A stretch of 62,761 nt of DNA, the filler included, from Pirum gemmata (lineage: Eukaryota): assembly GCA_002812295.1 (NCBI GenBank). It is 16 parts of 16 records of this genome, joined end to end, with 100 filler letters (N's around TTAATTAATTAA, not from the genome) between each part and the next. Parts side by side here need not be neighbours in the genome. Positions count along the whole stretch, not along the records: positions 55,769 to 59,186 come from PDIN01002531.1; positions 59,287 to 62,761 come from PDIN01002532.1; 14 more parts are not named here. One strand, written 5' to 3'. Shown here in pieces: positions 57,993 through 62,761 of this stretch. The stretch's first letter is position 1. Each line of letters begins with the position of its first letter. The position numbers and the translations under genes are program-made. Below the pieces are notes generated by a model. It ran no database searches and was not told where the DNA came from. It was given only the letters and a program-made list of their open reading frames with translations.

Positions 57993-58936
57993 CTTGGCTC
58001 AAAAATGATTATGTAGTAGTACTCTAGTTCTCAATAATTGAACTTTATTCAGTCGTTGGTAGGGTTAACAACGTTGTTAGCTTTTTGAGGGTTGTTACTT
58101 TGATGTGGTCAGCTTGGCGTGTGTTAGTTGTCTTAGTGATTTTTAAACTTTGCTAGACTATTGTTACCTGTCTTTTGGTGACATAATTATTAGGATAGCT
58201 AATTGACGTACCACTAAAACAAGTAAAACACAGGCAGAGAAAAGTTCAGAAAACACCCATGTTTTTTGGGTGGGTGCAGTGTGGGTGCGGAGTTGGTGGG
58301 TACTGGGTAGACCGTAGACTAGCTAGCTAGTAGCTAACTCGTCTAGTTAGTCCACCAAGGCCATTTGAATTAAATTATTTTGAAGACTATTTGAAGGACG
58401 TACTCGGTTTTTTTTTGTACACGTCATTTAAAAAATGATGTAAAATGACGTAGAAGTATATACAGGAGTCAAATGCGAATTTTCGTTTCCTGCGTGCTCT
58501 AGCTAAAGTCTAACCCTTATAATACAGCGGCCAATGAAAAAACTTTTTTTTATTCGCAATACCTTTCTTTATAAGATGTATTATTTATTTTGATGGATCT
58601 TCGATATATATATTACCGCTAGTAGCTAGTCTAAAGATAGACCTCGAGGTCCAAGCTACGTTATTAAAAAAAAAATTTAAAAAATTTAATTTGATATAAT
58701 ATAATTATTAATTTAAACCTATTTAATATCAATTTAAATAGCAGAGTAACGAATCACGTATAAATAAAAAAAAATAACCAACAAAATAAATATTCAGAGT
58801 GACAAAATAAATGAAAAGCAATATCAGTGGTGATACAATAATTGCTTTTTATAGTCGATATTACGTTTAGGGTTTTAATCTGACTGCACCATATACCATA
58901 TTCAAGAGTTTATAACAATAACATCATTCTGAATTT

Positions 58937-58987
<51 letters not shown>

Positions 58988-59155
58988 TTATTTATTAATT
59001 AATTATAAGGCTTATAAGGTATCATTGATATAATTATTATATAAAAAAAGTCTAATAACAACAAAAAAGCTCTTTTCAGATAAAACAAAACAAAACTAAA
59101 TAAAATTACATAAAACGCAGAAATAATTAACAAAATTTGATCAAAACAAGCTATC

Positions 59156-59186
<31 letters not shown>

Positions 59187-59374
59187 NNNNNNNNNNNNNN
59201 NNNNNNNNNNNNNNNNNNNNNNNNNNNNNNTTAATTAATTAANNNNNNNNNNNNNNNNNNNNNNNNNNNNNNNNNNNNNNNNNNNNATTTTATTATTATT
59301 ATTATTTTATTATTGATTATTATCATTAATGTTATATAATATTATTATTATAATTAGTGCCAGAAAAAATAGCT

Positions 59375-59910
59375 TACTATTAATTAAACAGTGATCATAT
59401 TGTATAAATTATTGTACTTTTTTGTTTACTTTGATGGGTAATAATAATTAAATTTACATTTTTAAATGAATAAATAGACAATAAAATATACAAAATTATT
59501 AAATGAAATGGGCTTATATTGTATTAATTATAATGCAAAAACACTACTAATTAAACAGTGATCATATTGTATAAATTATTGTACTTTTTTGTCTATTTTG
59601 ATGGGTTATAATAATTAAAAGTTTACATTTTTAAATGAATAAATAAACAGTAAAATATATCAAATGAAATGAAATGGGTTTATATTGTATTGATTTGGTA
59701 CTCTTCATTATATGCAAAAACACTACTAATTAAACAGTGATCATAGTATATTGTATAAATTATTGTACTTTTTTGTCTGTTTTGGTGGGGTATAATAATT
59801 AAATTTACATACCAAATTAAATGAAATGAGCTTATATTGTATTAAATTTGGTACTCTTCATTATATACTTTATGAAGACAAAATAACTAAAAAAGTACTA
59901 AAAAGCACTA
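59375..59910. repeat. About 170-bp tandem triplication built from a family C MITE plus flank
   Basis: TAATTAAACAGTGATCAT...TTGTATAAATTATTGTACTTTTTTG at about 59380, 59548 and 59727, each followed by family C internal sequence. Confidence 0.82.
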
Positions 59911-59941
59911 TATAGTATCATAATGTTATGATAATGTAATG

Positions 59942-60228
59942 TAGGAAGGGTGACACCCCTAGGACTCCAATATGACCCTGAAATTTTTATTTTCCGCTGT
60001 GGCTTCGGCTCATTATTTATAGTAAAAAAGTAACTTTTAAAAAATTAAGTTGCTATGCTAAGACTATTTCAAAAAAAGCAAGTTATTTTACTATTTATGG
60101 TTTACAATTTACTTAATTGGGAAGCGGTAAATGGCTGTGGGTTGCGGAATTAGTGCCAACTTAAGCAACTTAATAAGGAGTCATTTACTAAGTCTTATAG
60201 GACTCTTATATAGGTGTCACCCCTCTTA
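59942..60228 (-). mobile_element. MITE family G copy (inverted relative to 30784)
   Basis: TAGGAAGGGTGACACCCCT...GGTGTCACCCCTCTTA. Confidence 0.82.
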
Positions 60229-60453
60229 TCATAATAATGTTATCATAATGTATATTATAAATACATAACTATAAATAATTAATTATGCTGTCCTGGGATC
60301 AGTTTTAGGAATCACGTTTACTATTCTTTTACAGAGCGTTAGAAAATAATACTATAACTGTAATATTGTATATAAATTAGTATACTTGAAATATTATCTG
60401 TTTTATAGAACCTATTTTTAAAATCATAAAATAAATATTTTTTTTTTAATAAC

Positions 60454-60659
60454 AGCCGGATAAAATAGTATAAAACTGTAGAAACCTTTTTTTAATAAAA
60501 ACCTTTAATATTAACTAGCCAATGTTTTTTAAAAAACTAGCCATTGGTTCATAATAGAGTTTTCTGAGTTTTAAACAATTTATCAACATTTGGTAGTACT
60601 TTGATTAAAATTGGATCATTTTGAGCTCATATGGCGGATGTCGCCATTTTTATCCGGCT
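60454..60659. mobile_element. MITE family F (TIR AGCCGGATAAAA)
   Basis: AGCCGGATAAAA...TTTTATCCGGCT; degenerate inverted relatives at about 50310-50505 and 4506-4650. Confidence 0.7.
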
Positions 60660-60778
60660 TGGTTTAAAAAAAAAAAACTAAAAAAAAAAAATAATAATGA
60701 TAAAATGAGTGAAAAAGGAAAATAGGAAAAAAGGTACCATGGCATCCTACAGTATGATACTAGTTTTATTATTATTAT

Positions 60779-60975
60779 TATTGTACTTTTCATTTATTTT
60801 ATAACTCGGAATATTTATTTATTATGGTTGTTTATAATATTTAAATTGATATTAATACTGTTAATAAATAATAAAATATACCAAATTAATTATAAATGAA
60901 ATGGATTTATATTGTATTAATTTTATACTATTTATTGTATATTTTATGACGACAAAATAACTGAAAAGCACGATA
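60779..60975 (-). mobile_element. MITE family C copy (inverted)
   Basis: Ends ACTGAAAAGCACGATA. Confidence 0.82.
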
Positions 60976-61562
60976 TTTAGTTGAATAATAATACCAAGTA
61001 ATTGTATTATAATCTATAATAATAATAATAATAATAATCTGCATATTAATATAGTTTTTGTAAATATTAATATAATATATTGTATTAATATTAATAAGAA
61101 AAATTATTTTTTTGAAAAAAAAACTATGTAATAGGAATATGTATCAACTACTTATAATTATATATAAATTTAATTAAATCAAATAAAAGTTTATTGTGTA
61201 TATTGAAAATCATTTGATTAATTGTGAAGTGTCATAATAACTAGCTTGTATTATTATAATACATTATGGTTTTATCATAGTTGGGCTACGGTGTGAAGTC
61301 ACAGTTTATGTAATATAACCTTAAGCTTGCACATAATTATGTTGCACCAACTATTTAAAATTTTGGTCTATTATTATTAATACATTTATAATTATTATAT
61401 TATATTTTGTTTTTATTTTATGGAATACTTATTTGTGGTCTAACAATTGTAGTGTGTTTTATTTTTTTATTTTATTATATATATATATAATAATAATATA
61501 TTATATTGACTATTGTTTTTCTTACTTATATCTACACTATCAATACCAAAATGGTGTATTAA

Positions 61563-61770
61563 TATCGTGTTTTTCCATGAGACTTGGACCAGGTCTCATG
61601 GTTTTTCGATCAGTGTTGTTCAGTTCAAAAACTGAAATAATCGTATCAAATTATTATTATGGTTAAACTATCAGACAAATTTCAATTAATTTGGTATTCC
61701 ATACTTAATGTTGTATTTTATAAACAAGTTCAATTATATACTTAAATTAAAGATTGAGAAGACAACAACG
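61563..61770 (+). mobile_element. MITE family B copy
   Basis: TATCGTGTTTTTC...CAGTTCAAAAACTGAAAT...AAAGATTGAGAAGACAAC. Confidence 0.78.
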
Positions 61771-61893
61771 TTAAGTAACTCTGTAACTTATTATATTTCA
61801 TGTACACGTCTATTGAAAAACACGATGGAATAGTAGACCCTAGACTCCCAGAGTCAGTTATGATACTACTAACTAACCGGGTCTAATTATTAT

Positions 61894-62070
61894 TATTGTG
61901 CTTTTCATATATATTTGTCACTTTGTTTGGTTATGATATTTAAATTGACTTTTTTAAATAAGTAAATAGATAATAAAATATATCAAATTAAATTAAATGG
62001 ATTTATATTGTGTTAATTTGGTAGTCTTTTTTGTATATTTTATGATGACAAAACAATTGAAAAGCATGAT
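61894..62070 (-). mobile_element. MITE family C copy (inverted)
   Basis: TATTGTGCTTTTCA...TGAAAAGCATGAT. Confidence 0.82.
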
Positions 62071-62761
62071 GTGTGTTCATAACTAGTACTCCTATAAATT
62101 TTAATCTATTTACTATTTATGTGTAATATAATGTATACCAATATCAATAATGTATAAATAGTAAATACGTATATTTTAATACGTAGAAAACTAAAAAAAG
62201 AAATTGTTTTATTAAAATAAATAAATAAATAGTAACATTATCATGTTAATATTGGTCTAATTTTTGAAGTCCTTCTTATTAATTTATTAATTAAAAGGGC
62301 GTTTTTTCGTTATTTATCATCATTCATTTTTTTCCGACCTTTCTCATATTATATGGTAGTTCTCAGGTTATATTATATTAATATATACTATTTATTATAA
62401 ATAAAAATAATAAAAAGTAGTCATAATAACCATAATTATATATAATAATCATAATAGCCACAATAATTGTAATAATCACAGCAGTGACAATAATAATAAT
62501 AAGAATGAGAATAAGAATGAGAATAAGAATAAGAATAAGAATAAGAATATAATAATAATATTTTTAATAATAATAATCAATAATAAAATAAGAATAAGAA
62601 TAAGAATAAGAATATAATACTAATAGTATTAATAATAATAATCAATAATAAAATAATCAATAATAAAATAAGAATAAGAATAAGAATATATTAACAACAA
62701 TATTAATAATAATAATCAATAATAAAATAATAAAAATAATAATAATGATAAAATAATAATA

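Overview
This is very AT-rich eukaryotic DNA with GT-AG introns and TTAGGG-type telomeric repeats. The gene content would fit a unicellular holozoan such as an ichthyosporean, but that assignment is inference only. The window is not one locus: it is 16 short scaffolds (most about 3.45 kb) joined by an artificial 100-bp linker (44 N + TTAATTAATTAA + 44 N), so adjacency across linkers means nothing. Supported genes or gene pieces: an atypical (DFD) protein kinase fused to RING and Rcat-like zinc fingers; an acidic, probably nucleolar protein; exon 1 of a secreted alpha/beta-hydrolase; an LPMO-like fragment; two unrelated type I membrane proteins that both end in an integrin-beta-like NxxF-x8-NPxx tail; a GPI-type four-repeat surface protein; a 4-exon GBP/atlastin-family GTPase with an apparent signal peptide; a multi-exon OXR1/NCOA7-like TLDc gene; a secreted Cys-repeat/VWD(+PAN)/EGF protein; and a secreted coiled-coil protein of unknown function. 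The non-coding DNA is full of microsatellites, interstitial telomere-like arrays and at least six families of short TIR elements (MITEs), some nested. The most interesting signal is the integrin-beta-type cytoplasmic tail reused on non-integrin ectodomains.
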